A stretch of 64,000 bases of DNA from Spirochaetia bacterium (lineage in GTDB: Bacteria > Spirochaetota > Spirochaetia > SP-2023). A program made the translations under genes and the position numbers. Each line of letters opens with the position of its first letter. The first letter of the stretch is position 1. Below are positions 9,053 through 19,769 of this stretch, one piece after another. A model generated the notes under the pieces. That model searched no databases and was not told the origin of the DNA. It was given only the letters and a program-made list of their open reading frames with translations. Location of the stretch: positions 1,568,001 through 1,632,000 of the forward strand of contig OZ253665.1 in assembly GCA_965263295.1 (NCBI GenBank). The letters are read 5' to 3'.

Positions 9053-10963
9053 TTACATTACTTTTAAAAACGGCAATACACAAAGTTGCATGCCATTCTG
9101 CAAAGTTCGCAATGTCGCCCGGCACAGATCCAGGCGCATATTCAGAAAGGGCTTTTCACTGTTTAAAATCGGCACATCGTGGTACAAACGACTGAAACAC
9201 CGAGCTAATTCCGCAAGAGCTTTGATGACGTGAGAAGGGTCGAGCTCGGCCGCAGCCAAAGCTACAGCCCGTGGGTAGTCACGCAGCTGCTTGAGCAATT
9301 CCCATTCCGTCCGTGTACTGTCGCATCCCAACAGGAGCTCCCAGTCCTCCACACGATGACAATTCAAGGTTTCAGCTTGCAGCTCGGCGGCTACAGCCGC
9401 CTTCTTTATTATTGAGTGAATCCGGGCCCCCACATACTGCAAATAGGGGCCGGTATTGCCACTGAAGGCCAAGGATTCTTTCGGATTGAAAGAAATCTCG
9501 CGCTGGGGTTTAAATTGCAACAGGTAATAATGAAGGGCAGCTAAAGCGATTTTTGACGCAGTCCGCTGCTCTGCGGCCTCTAGCTGCGTCTGATCTCCGG
9601 CCTCTGCTGCGCTCTGGCGCCGCTCGCGCATACCCACGAGAGCCAATTCCTCCAAACTATCTAGCAACACATCGGCATCCACTACCGTGCCCTCGCGCGA
9701 TTTCATCTTGCCATCGGGGAGGACGACCATGCCGTAAGACAGATGATATAACTGCTGCGCCCATGGGTAGCCCAAGAGCCGCAAAATCTGAAACAAAACT
9801 TTAAAATGGTAATCTTGCTCATTACCGACCACATAAATCTGGCGGTCAAAAGGAAAGTCGTCATGCCGCGCAATCGCCGTGCCTAAGTCTTGTGTAATGT
9901 AAACTGAAGTCCCGTCGCTGCGCCGCACTATTTTATGACCCAAATTATAAGCAGAAAGGTCAATCAGGATCGCGCCGTCTTCGCTGCGCTGAAAAATGCC
10001 GCGCTCTAATCCTTTGCGCACCAAGTCCAGTCCCAACTTGTAGGTAATACTTTCAAAATACAGGCGGTCGAAAGAAATATCACAACGCTTATACGTCTCG
10101 GCAATGCCATCGAGCACCCATTGCCGCATGTCACGCCACAGTTTGCGTACATCTTCCTCACCCTCTTCCCAATCCTTGAGCATCTTTAGCGCCAAATGCT
10201 CCGGCTCCTCAGTCGTTATCTTGTCCGCCGCTTGGCCAGCCGCTTGCCGCTTCCACTCTTGCTGCCAATCGTTAAAGCGCACATAGTAGTCTCCAACCAA
10301 GTGATCTCCCTTCTTGCCACTATTTTCTGGCGTCTGCCACACACCATCTCTCTGGCCCAAACGCGCATAGGCCAGCATTGATTTACAAATATGCACGCCG
10401 CGATCGTTGATGATATTCACCTTATTTAACTCGGCCCCATTTGCCACCAAAATGCGACTGATGGATTCGCCCAACACATTGTTACGCAAGTGGCCTAAAT
10501 GTAATGGTTTGTTGGTATTGGGACTGGAAAATTCGACCATAATTTTTTGTCCCGCCAAATTCTGATTGCATCCGTAAGTCTCCTGCTCAAGCGCAATCTT
10601 GCGCAACACAGCAGCGGCCACAGCAGCCCTGGGTAGGCGAAAATTTAAATACGCTCCCGCACATTCGACTTCCCAAGCACTGAGCTCTTCCCTTAAATAT
10701 TCCGCCAAAGCCAGAGCAATTTTTGGCGGTGCCTCTCTGAAGGTTCTAGCGAGCGGAAAGCAGGGGCAGGCCCAGTCCCCCAGCTCTGGCTTTGGCGGTT
10801 TTGTCAGGCGCAATTGCCCCAGCAAATCCTCGGCTTGCCCTTCGCTAAATCCTGCGCCAAAGTCCAGGCCCCTGCTCGCTACCAAGCGACCAATACTCTG
10901 ACGCAAGGCGCTATAAATGATTTGTTCTTCGTCCATCTCAATGCCTTTCACTTTTCGGCTCAT
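9053..10963 (-). CDS. argS: Arginyl-tRNA synthetase
   Basis: VEFSSPNTNKPLHLGHLRN (HIGH-type), GKMKSREG, GNTGPYLQY. Confidence 0.97.
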   Translation of the reverse strand: MSRKVKGIEMDEEQIIYSALRQSIGRLVASRGLDFGAGFSEGQAEDLLGQLRLTKPPKPELGDWACPCFPLARTFREAPPKIALALAEYLREELSAWEVECAGAYLNFRLPRAAVAAAVLRKIALEQETYGCNQNLAGQKIMVEFSSPNTNKPLHLGHLRNNVLGESISRILVANGAELNKVNIINDRGVHICKSMLAYARLGQRDGVWQTPENSGKKGDHLVGDYYVRFNDWQQEWKRQAAGQAADKITTEEPEHLALKMLKDWEEGEEDVRKLWRDMRQWVLDGIAETYKRCDISFDRLYFESITYKLGLDLVRKGLERGIFQRSEDGAILIDLSAYNLGHKIVRRSDGTSVYITQDLGTAIARHDDFPFDRQIYVVGNEQDYHFKVLFQILRLLGYPWAQQLYHLSYGMVVLPDGKMKSREGTVVDADVLLDSLEELALVGMRERRQSAAEAGDQTQLEAAEQRTASKIALAALHYYLLQFKPQREISFNPKESLAFSGNTGPYLQYVGARIHSIIKKAAVAAELQAETLNCHRVEDWELLLGCDSTRTEWELLKQLRDYPRAVALAAAELDPSHVIKALAELARCFSRLYHDVPILNSEKPFLNMRLDLCRATLRTLQNGMQLCVLPFLKVM

Positions 10964-11118
10964 ATCTTCTAAAAATTTTAGTTTTCAGTTTTCATGGGGC
11001 ATGGGGGCGGCTGTCTTTCGCATGCGGGCTGCGAGCCACTAGCGTAAGCAGACCCTTGGATAGACCCTTGGATCAGTCTGTGTTAGCAAACGGTTTTGCT
11101 CGCAGAGCTGGCAGCACT

Positions 11119-14100
11119 TCACTCAATACCTGTAGAACGTGATGCAGGCTCCGAATAGCTGTTATTGGATTTATTACCGGGCAATAAATCCTTGCGAAAA
11201 CCATAGTTTCCCTTGGCTCCGTAGCTCCGTAGCAGGTCAAGCATTGCGGCATTGCTGAGGCTGGTGGCCACTTGAAAAGGCGTCTGAAACTTGTTCCCTG
11301 GCTTGCGCACGTCAGCCCCCGCCTCCAACAAAATACGTAACATTTGCATATCTTGCGCTCGCACGGCCATGACCAGAGGAGTATCATTATCAGGGTTGAC
11401 GATATTCGGGTCAGCTCCCTTACGCAAGAGCAGTGGTACCAGAGAATAGTTCTTCTGCCCAATAGCATAGTGCAGAGCCGTCTTCTGCTCGGCATCCCGT
11501 CCGTTGAGATCGCGCTCGTCCACCCAATCCAGCAAGGTGCGAATATTTTCTTGCGGCGCCTGTTCCTTAACGGCATAAATCAACGGATTGAGCCGAGAAC
11601 GTTTACCGTCTGTTTTGACCGTAACACGTTGCTCAATTTTAAAGCCACCCCGAATCAAGGTTGAAATATTCTCAGGATCATCTGCAAACAAGGCATAGAG
11701 CAAGACATTGTAACCATTCTGGTCTTCGACGTCAACGCTGGCACCGGCAGCTAACAGCAGAGACACCACACGATGGCTGCCAAAGCGGGCCGCACGGATT
11801 AATGGCGACATTCCAGTGCCATCTCGCTGATTGATCTTCGCCAGAGGAAAACTGTCAATCAAGTAACGAGCCGGGCCGTAAGCATTCTCCAGCGCATAAT
11901 AAAAAGGGGTCAAACCTTGCTCGTTTTCCTGGAAGGTATTGGCATTATTATCCAGCAGCAACTTCACCAGATTGGCATTGCCCCAACGCGCAGCCCAGAA
12001 CAATGGCGTATTCCCTTTGTTGTCGGCAATGTTGACTACAGCTCCGGCCTTGAGCAGCTGCGCTGGGATGCTGCGAGCCCCCTGCTTGCCCCAAATTTCC
12101 GGTCGGTTCAGCGCCACAGCGTAATGCAGGGCTGTCGTGCCCTGTTCCTTGTAGCGCATATTCGGGTCGGCACCGCGCTGCAGCAGCAGAAAAACGATAT
12201 CCTGCTGCCCGCTATAAGCCGCCGCTACCAGCGGCGGAAATTCTACATTAATGTCGTTCGGATCAATTTCCTGGTTCAACAGCTGGCGCACAACTTCCCG
12301 ATTTCCCAGCATCGCCGCATAGGTCATGGCGCCCCAACCCTTGGCATCGAGATGGCGCGGGTCGGCGCCGGCGCGCAACAATACGCGTAATTTTTCAGCG
12401 CCATTTTCTAAGTCCGTCGCGGCCAATTCGACGGGGCTCAAACCATCTGCATTTTCCTTAGTTATATCACCACCCCGGCTGATGAGGTAAGACAAGACCT
12501 CGGTCGTGCCGACAACTGCCGCCAGATGAATTGGATACCAGCCACGAATATTGCTGTCCTGAAAGTCGGCGCCGGCCTCGACCAGGCTCCAAACTATCTG
12601 ATAGTCTCCCTGCCGCGCCGCCAAGGTGATTGGACTCCAGCCAAAATAATCCACGACGCTGCTGGTCTGGCTCTTCTGATCCACTTTTAAGCTGGGTTGC
12701 ACCTGTTTGAGATCTTTCAAACTAGGCAGGTCGGGCTGTGGCACGTCATTTTGTTTATCTGAGAGCGCCTGCTCGACATCCTCGGCATTGCTCGGTTTAA
12801 GATTTTGCTTCGTCACCGCCGCGCTGAGACGGCCATCTTCACGTGGCACATCATTGTTTTTGCTGACATTATGGTTCAGGTTAGCGCCCTTGTTGACCAG
12901 AAAATTGGCCGCTTCATAGTTGCGGTTGCTGACGGCAATCATTAGTGGCGTGAAGCCAAATCGACTCCCAGTATCAACCTTGGCTTCAGCCTCCAGCAAA
13001 ATCCGCAGGTGTGACAGGCTGCCCAACTCTGCCGCAAAATGCAGCGGCGTCTGGCCGTTTGGCCCCACGGCATTGGGGTCGGCACCATTTTGCAGCAAAA
13101 GTTGTAAAACATTGACATCCGGGTTTAAGCCAGCCCAATGGACAGGTCGCTTAAGCTGCAAGTCCGCGTAACTGACATTCGCCCCACCCTGCAGAAGTAG
13201 CGCCACCACGCGACTGCCCGCCTCGCGCACGGCCACCAGCAACGGCGTTTCCTCCTCCTCGCTGCGAACATTGATGTTGCCCCCATCTGAGAGCAGCAAA
13301 CGAATAGCCGAAGGCGAATCGCTCGCTGCCGCATAGTGGAGTGGCGTCCAGCCACGCTGGTCACGGGCATTGGGATTCGCACCACGCTGCAGCAGGGAGA
13401 CAATCTGTTCCGCACTACCCAAAGAGGCTGCGATCATCAGTGGTGTCTGCTGCAACTTGCCGGCGCGAGCGTCAATAGAGAGTTTATTATAACGCTCCTG
13501 CAATAAAATCCCAAATGTATTGCTATCTTTATTATTATAGCAAGCCTCATGTAATGGTGTATAACCTTCACTGTCTGGATATAGCTGCTGGGAACGCCGA
13601 TCCTCTAACAAGCGATACAAGGCCAGTGAAGTATTGTAGCGGGCGGCAAAATGAATCGGCGTCTTGCCGGCATTGTCCGGCTGACTTGGGTCCAAACCTA
13701 GTTGCAATGCCAGGCTGATGGCCGAAACATTGCCGTTCCAGGCTGCCCAATGCAAGGCGCTACGGCCGTTACGGTCAGTTACCTGATAGCGGAAACCCCG
13801 ACTGACCAGGATATTCATCACCGGCTCACTGTAAATGGCCGCCAGGATCACTGGGTACATACCGCGAGCATCAGGCTGATCGAGCGGTTGCTGCAAAACT
13901 TTATGGCCCGCAACCTCCACTGTTGCTTGACTCTTGGCCAACTCTGGCGATATAATAGCTGTCGGCTGGTCGAGGATATTCTGCACCCCCGTGCTGTTGC
14001 CGCTGCGAACAGCCTGTTGAAAGTAATAAAGGTCACGGTATAGCTGTAAATAAAAAGAATCCTGCGGATCGCTATAAGCTTGCAAGCGGATATTACTCCA

Positions 14101-14970
14101 GGCCCCGGCAACTTCAGTATCCCCACCACTGACCTGGCGAGCTGGAGAAATCAGTTCCCACCAAATCAAAGCGCTATCGCGCAGAATTTGTCCAGCCTGA
14201 GCTGCTCCAGCATATTCAAATAAGCGCCCATAGATATAATTCTCTACAAAACGTTTCCAGTCGGCAAAATGCTCAAGCACCCAGAGACCTGCTCGCTCAA
14301 TATAAGGCCAGGCTTCCTGCTCACTCAGGTAGCCCACATCGTAGCCCCAACGTACTAAAGCCACAATACGGGCCTGATCCCAACCCTGAATTGACACCGG
14401 ACGAATACTAAACCAATCCTCCATCTTCCACAGGAAGACCAGGCGGCGCACATCTGTATAGCTCAAGTCGTGATAAACACTCCACAAATCGCGGATAGTA
14501 TTGCGCAGCGGTGTGCTGTCGATCTCGTAAAGACTGTTGAGGTCACTTTGGGAGTTGGTCGGTATAGACTGGAAAGCAGCCTGGTATTCGTGGTAGATTT
14601 GTTGAAGGTACAAGTAGTGCTTGTCACTACCTCCGTCCATCAACTTGTTGATCTGACGCAGCAAATCCAGGCGACTGTGAATACCCCAATCTTCCAAGGC
14701 CGATTTTACATCTTTAACTTCAAAAGGGTTCTTGCCTTTTTTGTGCAGACTACTCAGCACATTGCCAGGAGAACCATTGTACTGAAACAGTATGCCTGGC
14801 AAGGCAAGGCCAATTGTACGGACATTGGAAATGCGACTTTGGGCCGCAAGAAGAGGCGATGCCAGTAAAGTCAGAACACCCCCAATAAGTGCGCAGGCAA
14901 TGGTTCTACAGAAAACAAGACGCCGGCACCGGATCGACAGACAGCGAACCAAAGCAGACGGTCCCCTCAT
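11119..14970 (-). CDS. Secreted protein: signal peptide, DUF1266-like domain, ~24 ankyrin repeats
   Basis: GGGAGGT Shine-Dalgarno 7 nt before ATG 14970; basic then hydrophobic N-terminus ending PLLA|AQ; GWDQARIVALVRWGYDVGYLSEQEAW motif; repeated TPLHxAA...LL..GADPN units. Confidence 0.88.
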   Translation of the reverse strand: MRGPSALVRCLSIRCRRLVFCRTIACALIGGVLTLLASPLLAAQSRISNVRTIGLALPGILFQYNGSPGNVLSSLHKKGKNPFEVKDVKSALEDWGIHSRLDLLRQINKLMDGGSDKHYLYLQQIYHEYQAAFQSIPTNSQSDLNSLYEIDSTPLRNTIRDLWSVYHDLSYTDVRRLVFLWKMEDWFSIRPVSIQGWDQARIVALVRWGYDVGYLSEQEAWPYIERAGLWVLEHFADWKRFVENYIYGRLFEYAGAAQAGQILRDSALIWWELISPARQVSGGDTEVAGAWSNIRLQAYSDPQDSFYLQLYRDLYYFQQAVRSGNSTGVQNILDQPTAIISPELAKSQATVEVAGHKVLQQPLDQPDARGMYPVILAAIYSEPVMNILVSRGFRYQVTDRNGRSALHWAAWNGNVSAISLALQLGLDPSQPDNAGKTPIHFAARYNTSLALYRLLEDRRSQQLYPDSEGYTPLHEACYNNKDSNTFGILLQERYNKLSIDARAGKLQQTPLMIAASLGSAEQIVSLLQRGANPNARDQRGWTPLHYAAASDSPSAIRLLLSDGGNINVRSEEEETPLLVAVREAGSRVVALLLQGGANVSYADLQLKRPVHWAGLNPDVNVLQLLLQNGADPNAVGPNGQTPLHFAAELGSLSHLRILLEAEAKVDTGSRFGFTPLMIAVSNRNYEAANFLVNKGANLNHNVSKNNDVPREDGRLSAAVTKQNLKPSNAEDVEQALSDKQNDVPQPDLPSLKDLKQVQPSLKVDQKSQTSSVVDYFGWSPITLAARQGDYQIVWSLVEAGADFQDSNIRGWYPIHLAAVVGTTEVLSYLISRGGDITKENADGLSPVELAATDLENGAEKLRVLLRAGADPRHLDAKGWGAMTYAAMLGNREVVRQLLNQEIDPNDINVEFPPLVAAAYSGQQDIVFLLLQRGADPNMRYKEQGTTALHYAVALNRPEIWGKQGARSIPAQLLKAGAVVNIADNKGNTPLFWAARWGNANLVKLLLDNNANTFQENEQGLTPFYYALENAYGPARYLIDSFPLAKINQRDGTGMSPLIRAARFGSHRVVSLLLAAGASVDVEDQNGYNVLLYALFADDPENISTLIRGGFKIEQRVTVKTDGKRSRLNPLIYAVKEQAPQENIRTLLDWVDERDLNGRDAEQKTALHYAIGQKNYSLVPLLLRKGADPNIVNPDNDTPLVMAVRAQDMQMLRILLEAGADVRKPGNKFQTPFQVATSLSNAAMLDLLRSYGAKGNYGFRKDLLPGNKSNNSYSEPASRSTGIE

Positions 14971-15447
14971 GTATTTTACCTCCCAGAAGTGTTTGGACAT
15001 ATCCATCGTCAACACAAATGGCATATTCTAGAGAAATATGAGTCTAGTGCCAAATAAAGCTAATTATAGTCTCAGGCATAAAAAAACATCCAGCCTTCAA
15101 TTCCGCCTATCGAGAAAATGTACCGCACCTGCTACACCTTGGTTTGACCATATGCTGTAACAGCAATACCGGCAGTTTTAAAAGCTACGGCAGGCAATAC
15201 CCAGAACGAAAAATCTTAGCGTTTTTACGCTTTTCCCCTTCTGTGCGGGGCAGCTAATCTATCTATTATCAACGGCAGCATTTGTTTTATCGGCTGGATA
15301 CTTTGCAATACAGTCTATATCTGTTATAGTTATCTTAGTCTATAATTACAGCGAGCTTATACTATTTGCTGGTACATTATATGAAAAAAATCTTAAATTC
15401 AGACAGCATGGCTTAAAATTTAGTAGTATTGTAGGGAATTTTTTATT

Positions 15448-16194
15448 ATGGCTAAGAATTTTGCAGAGTCGGACAGAGTTATTGCTGAAATACGTACTAG
15501 TTACGACAGTATAATGGAATATTTGCCTAAAGCCGCCTACCTTAAGCGTGCATTTGAAGACCGCTATCTAGATGCTTTGAAAAATAAGATAGACCTAAGT
15601 TTTTTCCTTAAGGGAGAGCAAAATTTTCTGGAGCGTTTTCTCGTCGAAGCCCAAGCGGTGAAGGACCGCAAAGAAGCTTACCAAGATCGCAACGAAGGGG
15701 GCTTTGCCGAAAATGTACTTAAACAGATCCAGTCCAGTATAGCCAATTATCCTACCTTGGATGCCCTAGAGCCTAGGTGCATCAAAGAAGTTTCCCGGCT
15801 CTACGGCGCTATAAATCAGTTTTTGGGGCATTACTGGGACGGAATTGCATATTATATGCGCGGCATCAATACTGATTTAGGTGTCGAAATTGATCGCTTG
15901 GAGCGTTCTCTATCAGATATTTACAATACTTCCGAAAGCCGCCCGCCCAAGGCCGTTGAATTTTACAACGATATGGTACGCAATCATACGGGCACCAGCT
16001 CTGAACGTATCCGCGCGGCTCAAGACGCCATTCAATTTGCCGGTATCTGGCTAAATAACTTGCGCCGCATCTTGAATTTGAGTATTGAACAATCCAGTGA
16101 AGAACCCTCTCAGGACATACGCGTTGCAGCCGTCAAACTGGGTACCATTATCAGTGATTTCCGCCTGCAGGCCTTTGCCAAGCGTGAACTTTAA
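15448..16194 (+). CDS. Hypothetical alpha-helical protein (248 aa)
   Basis: Clean ORF with protein-like composition, divergent from the ankyrin gene; no function recognised. Confidence 0.75.
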   Translation: MAKNFAESDRVIAEIRTSYDSIMEYLPKAAYLKRAFEDRYLDALKNKIDLSFFLKGEQNFLERFLVEAQAVKDRKEAYQDRNEGGFAENVLKQIQSSIANYPTLDALEPRCIKEVSRLYGAINQFLGHYWDGIAYYMRGINTDLGVEIDRLERSLSDIYNTSESRPPKAVEFYNDMVRNHTGTSSERIRAAQDAIQFAGIWLNNLRRILNLSIEQSSEEPSQDIRVAAVKLGTIISDFRLQAFAKREL

Positions 16195-16714
16195 AAGAAT
16201 TCGCTGTCAGTAAGTCACGGAGCCCGCATTACCCGAATTACCCTTAGTAGATGGGGCCCATCCTGCCTAAGAGGAATCGGCAGTACTCTTCCGCATTCTG
16301 TTTGACAATCAATTCTGAACCGCCGTCAAGAAATGCGCCGGAAAATCACGAGATTTTCTCTCAAGTGCTGGCATCGCCACGGCTCATATGCGCAGCAAAT
16401 TCCGGGAAGAATGGGATTATTGATCTCATGCTTTCGATGAAACTTTTTACCGCTCCGTAGTCGGTCTCATTACAACTTTAATATTTGTAATAAATGGGGT
16501 ACAGTCTACAATATATTTTTGAATAGCGAAACAGAAATCAAAAATGGCGTATTAAGTATGTTTTTGTGCACCGTATTTTATATCATTTTTTTACTGATAT
16601 TTATTGCGGCAATGGCCACAGCTATTTTAGTCTTCTTGGTCTTTAGCTGTTGTCTCGGCTTTGACGCAGGGTCAAGTGGGTAAAAATTGCGGGCACCGTC
16701 TATTGTAAAACATT

Positions 16715-17509
16715 CTAAATGAGGTCTCGCAAAGCGAGGAGAAACTGACGAAAAAATTGCTCTTTAGGCGGCTGTTTGGTATGGGAAGAAAATCGGGGAG
16801 CGGCAGGCAATAAAACATTTTTTTGTAAAGAAATAAATAACTTTTGCAAAAATCTATAATCGTCTGCAGTATCTAGAGTCAGGCGAAATTCAGAGAGGCC
16901 TGCGAATTTAGGCCCAAGTACTTTTGACAGTTCGACAAAACAAACCCGGAATTGCTCCGGATGTCGATACAAAAAACGCGTGACATGTTCGCGATCCTCC
17001 CGCCCTAGCTGGCGGCAAAACGGCTCCTCCTCCAAGCTCAGCAAAGCATCGCTACAAAACAGTTCGGCGGCCAGTCCGTAGGGCAGGCCACGGATCCAAT
17101 AATAATCAGGAAGAATAACACGACTGCCGCATTCATAGCATTTGAGCATAAAATCCAGCAAGGAACCATGGACTAAAGGGTTATCCCCTGTCACCCGAAA
17201 GCATAACTGAGCCGGATAACGATTTAAAGCCATTGAAAAACGTTGCAGCACATCCTGTTCCGAACCACCCAAGAGAATGAATCCGTAACGATGAGCATAA
17301 CGCGCTAGAGCTTCGCAGTCCCGCTGTGGACACAGCAAAAGGAAACGCTCAACCCGACAACTCTGACATAAATGGTAAAGTACCCAATCCAGCACGCAGC
17401 CTCCCGCCAGAGGCAACAATGCCTTGCGAGGCAAGCGCTGGGATCCCAGGCGTACCTGCAAAGCGAGCTGGCAGTGTACTCGCTCTGCTTTTACGACTTC
17501 TGTCTGCAC
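16715..17509 (-). CDS. SpsF-like cytidylyltransferase (CMP-nonulosonic acid/KDO synthetase family)
   Basis: QVRLGSQRLPRKAL, GSEQDVLQRF, RVTGDNP, REHVT, RLTLDTADD. Confidence 0.85.
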   Translation of the reverse strand: MQTEVVKAERVHCQLALQVRLGSQRLPRKALLPLAGGCVLDWVLYHLCQSCRVERFLLLCPQRDCEALARYAHRYGFILLGGSEQDVLQRFSMALNRYPAQLCFRVTGDNPLVHGSLLDFMLKCYECGSRVILPDYYWIRGLPYGLAAELFCSDALLSLEEEPFCRQLGREDREHVTRFLYRHPEQFRVCFVELSKVLGPKFAGLSEFRLTLDTADDYRFLQKLFISLQKNVLLPAAPRFSSHTKQPPKEQFFRQFLLALRDLI

Positions 17510-17591
17510 CTTTACTCAACTGCGCTCAAGTTTGACAATCCTCGAAATGGATAAATAATTGCTTCTTTTGTCGCGCATTTCCCTACCGTGC

Positions 17592-18440
17592 CTAGAAAAT
17601 ATTATTTTTGTGCGTTTCCAGCAGGAAGCGTAGTACAGAGCGCAGTACACGACGGTCTACGACTTTGTCGACAAAACCTTTTTCGCGCATAAACTCTGCG
17701 GTCTGAAAGCCGTCGGGCAGGTCGTCCTTGATCGTGCCTTCAATGACCCGGCGCCCCGCAAAGCCAAGCATCGCCCCAGGTTCCGCCAGATTCAGATCGC
17801 CCAACATGGCAAAGGAGGCGGTAACTCCACCCATCGTCGGATTCATCAAAACGTTAATCAAAGGCACATGCAAGCCTTCTAATAAAGCAATGGCATTGGC
17901 CGTCTTGGCCATTTGCATCAGGGAAAAAATACCTTCTTGCATGCGCGCACCGCCAGAGGCCGTAAAGACAAGCGCGGGAATACCTTTATCCGCAGCCAAC
18001 AGAAGCAGCCGGGTAATTTTTTCCCCGACTACCGAGCCCATGCTGCCGCCCATAAAGTCAAAGGACATTACGGCAATGGCGACATCGTTACCGCCAATTT
18101 CACCTGTGCCTGTGACGACACCATCGCACAGCCCCGTCTTGCGACGGGCCTGCTCTAGCTTATCTTCATAACCAATCATCTTAATTGGGTTGACACTGCC
18201 AAGATCCGAACCGACTTCCTCAAAGGTATTCTCATCCAAAGTGATCGCAATGCGTTCGCGCGCGGAAATACTAAAATGATAGCCACAGTTGCTACACACC
18301 ATCAGGTTCTTGCGCAGCTCCTCGGCGGTAGATATCGTGTTGCAAAATTCACAAACGCGCTCCTCACTTACTTTGAGGCCAGCAATATCTTTATTCCAAT
18401 TCAAGTTTTCCTTTTCTAAAACATCTACTTGCATAATCAA
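17592..18440 (-). CDS. accD: Acetyl-CoA carboxylase carboxyltransferase beta subunit
   Basis: CxxC...CxxC zinc finger; FMGGSMGSVVGEKI; SGGARMQEG; PTMGGVTASFA. Confidence 0.95.
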   Translation of the reverse strand: MIMQVDVLEKENLNWNKDIAGLKVSEERVCEFCNTISTAEELRKNLMVCSNCGYHFSISARERIAITLDENTFEEVGSDLGSVNPIKMIGYEDKLEQARRKTGLCDGVVTGTGEIGGNDVAIAVMSFDFMGGSMGSVVGEKITRLLLLAADKGIPALVFTASGGARMQEGIFSLMQMAKTANAIALLEGLHVPLINVLMNPTMGGVTASFAMLGDLNLAEPGAMLGFAGRRVIEGTIKDDLPDGFQTAEFMREKGFVDKVVDRRVLRSVLRFLLETHKNNIF

Positions 18441-18443
18441 TTC

Positions 18444-19769
18444 CTATTTCTTAGCCGCGATAATCTTGTCGTATATAGCGGTACCGAACTTACCCGTGCG
18501 GAAAGCGGGGCTCTGTAAAATCATCAACTGTTCATCCACATTGGCCTGAATGCCTTCGAGAACCAGTTCCTGCAAGGCCCGTTCCATGCGTTTTAAGCCC
18601 TCCTCGCGCGTCATAGCCTGCACGATGACCTTGGCAATCATAGAATCGTAGAACGGCGAAACCTGGCAACCCGAATACAGGAACGTGTCAGTGCGGGTCA
18701 TTGGACCCAACGGGGCTTCAAAACGCGTCACCAGGCCGGGGGTCAAGGCGTTGATACGAGCTTCCAGAGCGTAGCCGCGAATTTGAATATCATCCTGGGT
18801 CACTTCCATCTTCTCGCCAATGCAACCCAAAATTTGCTGGCGAATAATGTCGACGCCGGTAGTCATCTCCGTGACCGGATGTTCTACTTGCACGCGAGCG
18901 TTGACTTCCATAAAGTAGTATTGCCCTTCGTAAACCAGGAACTCAATCGTTCCAGCCCCGGCATAACCGAGGTGCTTAAACAGGCGAATAGCATCCTGAC
19001 CCATTTTCTCGCGCATTTGCGCAGTTACCACAGTCGAAGGACTCTCTTCGAGCAATTTCTGGTGATTCTTCTGCACCGAGCAGTCACGCTCGCCCAAATG
19101 TAGCACGTTGTTGCGGCCGTCACCCAAGACCTGAATTTCTACGTGACGCGGCGAAGGCAGGTATTTTTCCAGGTACACCGTGCCGTCGGCAAAGTTACTC
19201 TGCGCCTCGTTGGCCGCCACGCTCAGGGCGCCTTCGAGCTCTGCAGCTTCCGCGACGATACGCATGCCGCGTCCGCCGCCGCCGGCAGCGGCCTTGATAA
19301 TCACGGGATAACCCATTTCAGCAGCCAGTTGCCGGGCCTTTTCGAGCTCGCCATTGACCGCCTCTTCACTGCCCGGAATTGTCGGGATGCCCAATTCCTG
19401 AGCGATGCGCTTGGCTTCTACTTTGTCGCCCAGAGCTTTAATCACATGAGCTTCGGCGCCAATAAAAATCAAACCGTGCTCGCGCACCAGACCGGCAAAC
19501 TGGGCGTTTTCCGAGAGAAACCCAACGCCTGGATGGATGGCATCGCACTGCATGTTAGCGGCAATGGTGATTAAACTGTCCATGCGCAAATAACTCTGCG
19601 CCGAAGCCGGAGGCCCAATACAAAAAGCCTGGTCTGCCATCTTGACATGCAGGGCATCACTGTCAGCCTCCGAATATACCGCCACGGTTTTAATACCCAA
19701 TTCACGACAAGTGCGAATAATACGGACTGCAATCTCGCCGCGATTGGCAATCAGCAGGGAAGAGATCAT
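18444..19769 (-). CDS. accC: Biotin carboxylase
   Basis: LLIANRGEIAVR, HPGVGFLSEN, GGGGRGMR, RDCSVQ, FMEVNARVQVEHPVTE. Confidence 0.97.
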   Translation of the reverse strand: MISSLLIANRGEIAVRIIRTCRELGIKTVAVYSEADSDALHVKMADQAFCIGPPASAQSYLRMDSLITIAANMQCDAIHPGVGFLSENAQFAGLVREHGLIFIGAEAHVIKALGDKVEAKRIAQELGIPTIPGSEEAVNGELEKARQLAAEMGYPVIIKAAAGGGGRGMRIVAEAAELEGALSVAANEAQSNFADGTVYLEKYLPSPRHVEIQVLGDGRNNVLHLGERDCSVQKNHQKLLEESPSTVVTAQMREKMGQDAIRLFKHLGYAGAGTIEFLVYEGQYYFMEVNARVQVEHPVTEMTTGVDIIRQQILGCIGEKMEVTQDDIQIRGYALEARINALTPGLVTRFEAPLGPMTRTDTFLYSGCQVSPFYDSMIAKVIVQAMTREEGLKRMERALQELVLEGIQANVDEQLMILQSPAFRTGKFGTAIYDKIIAAKK

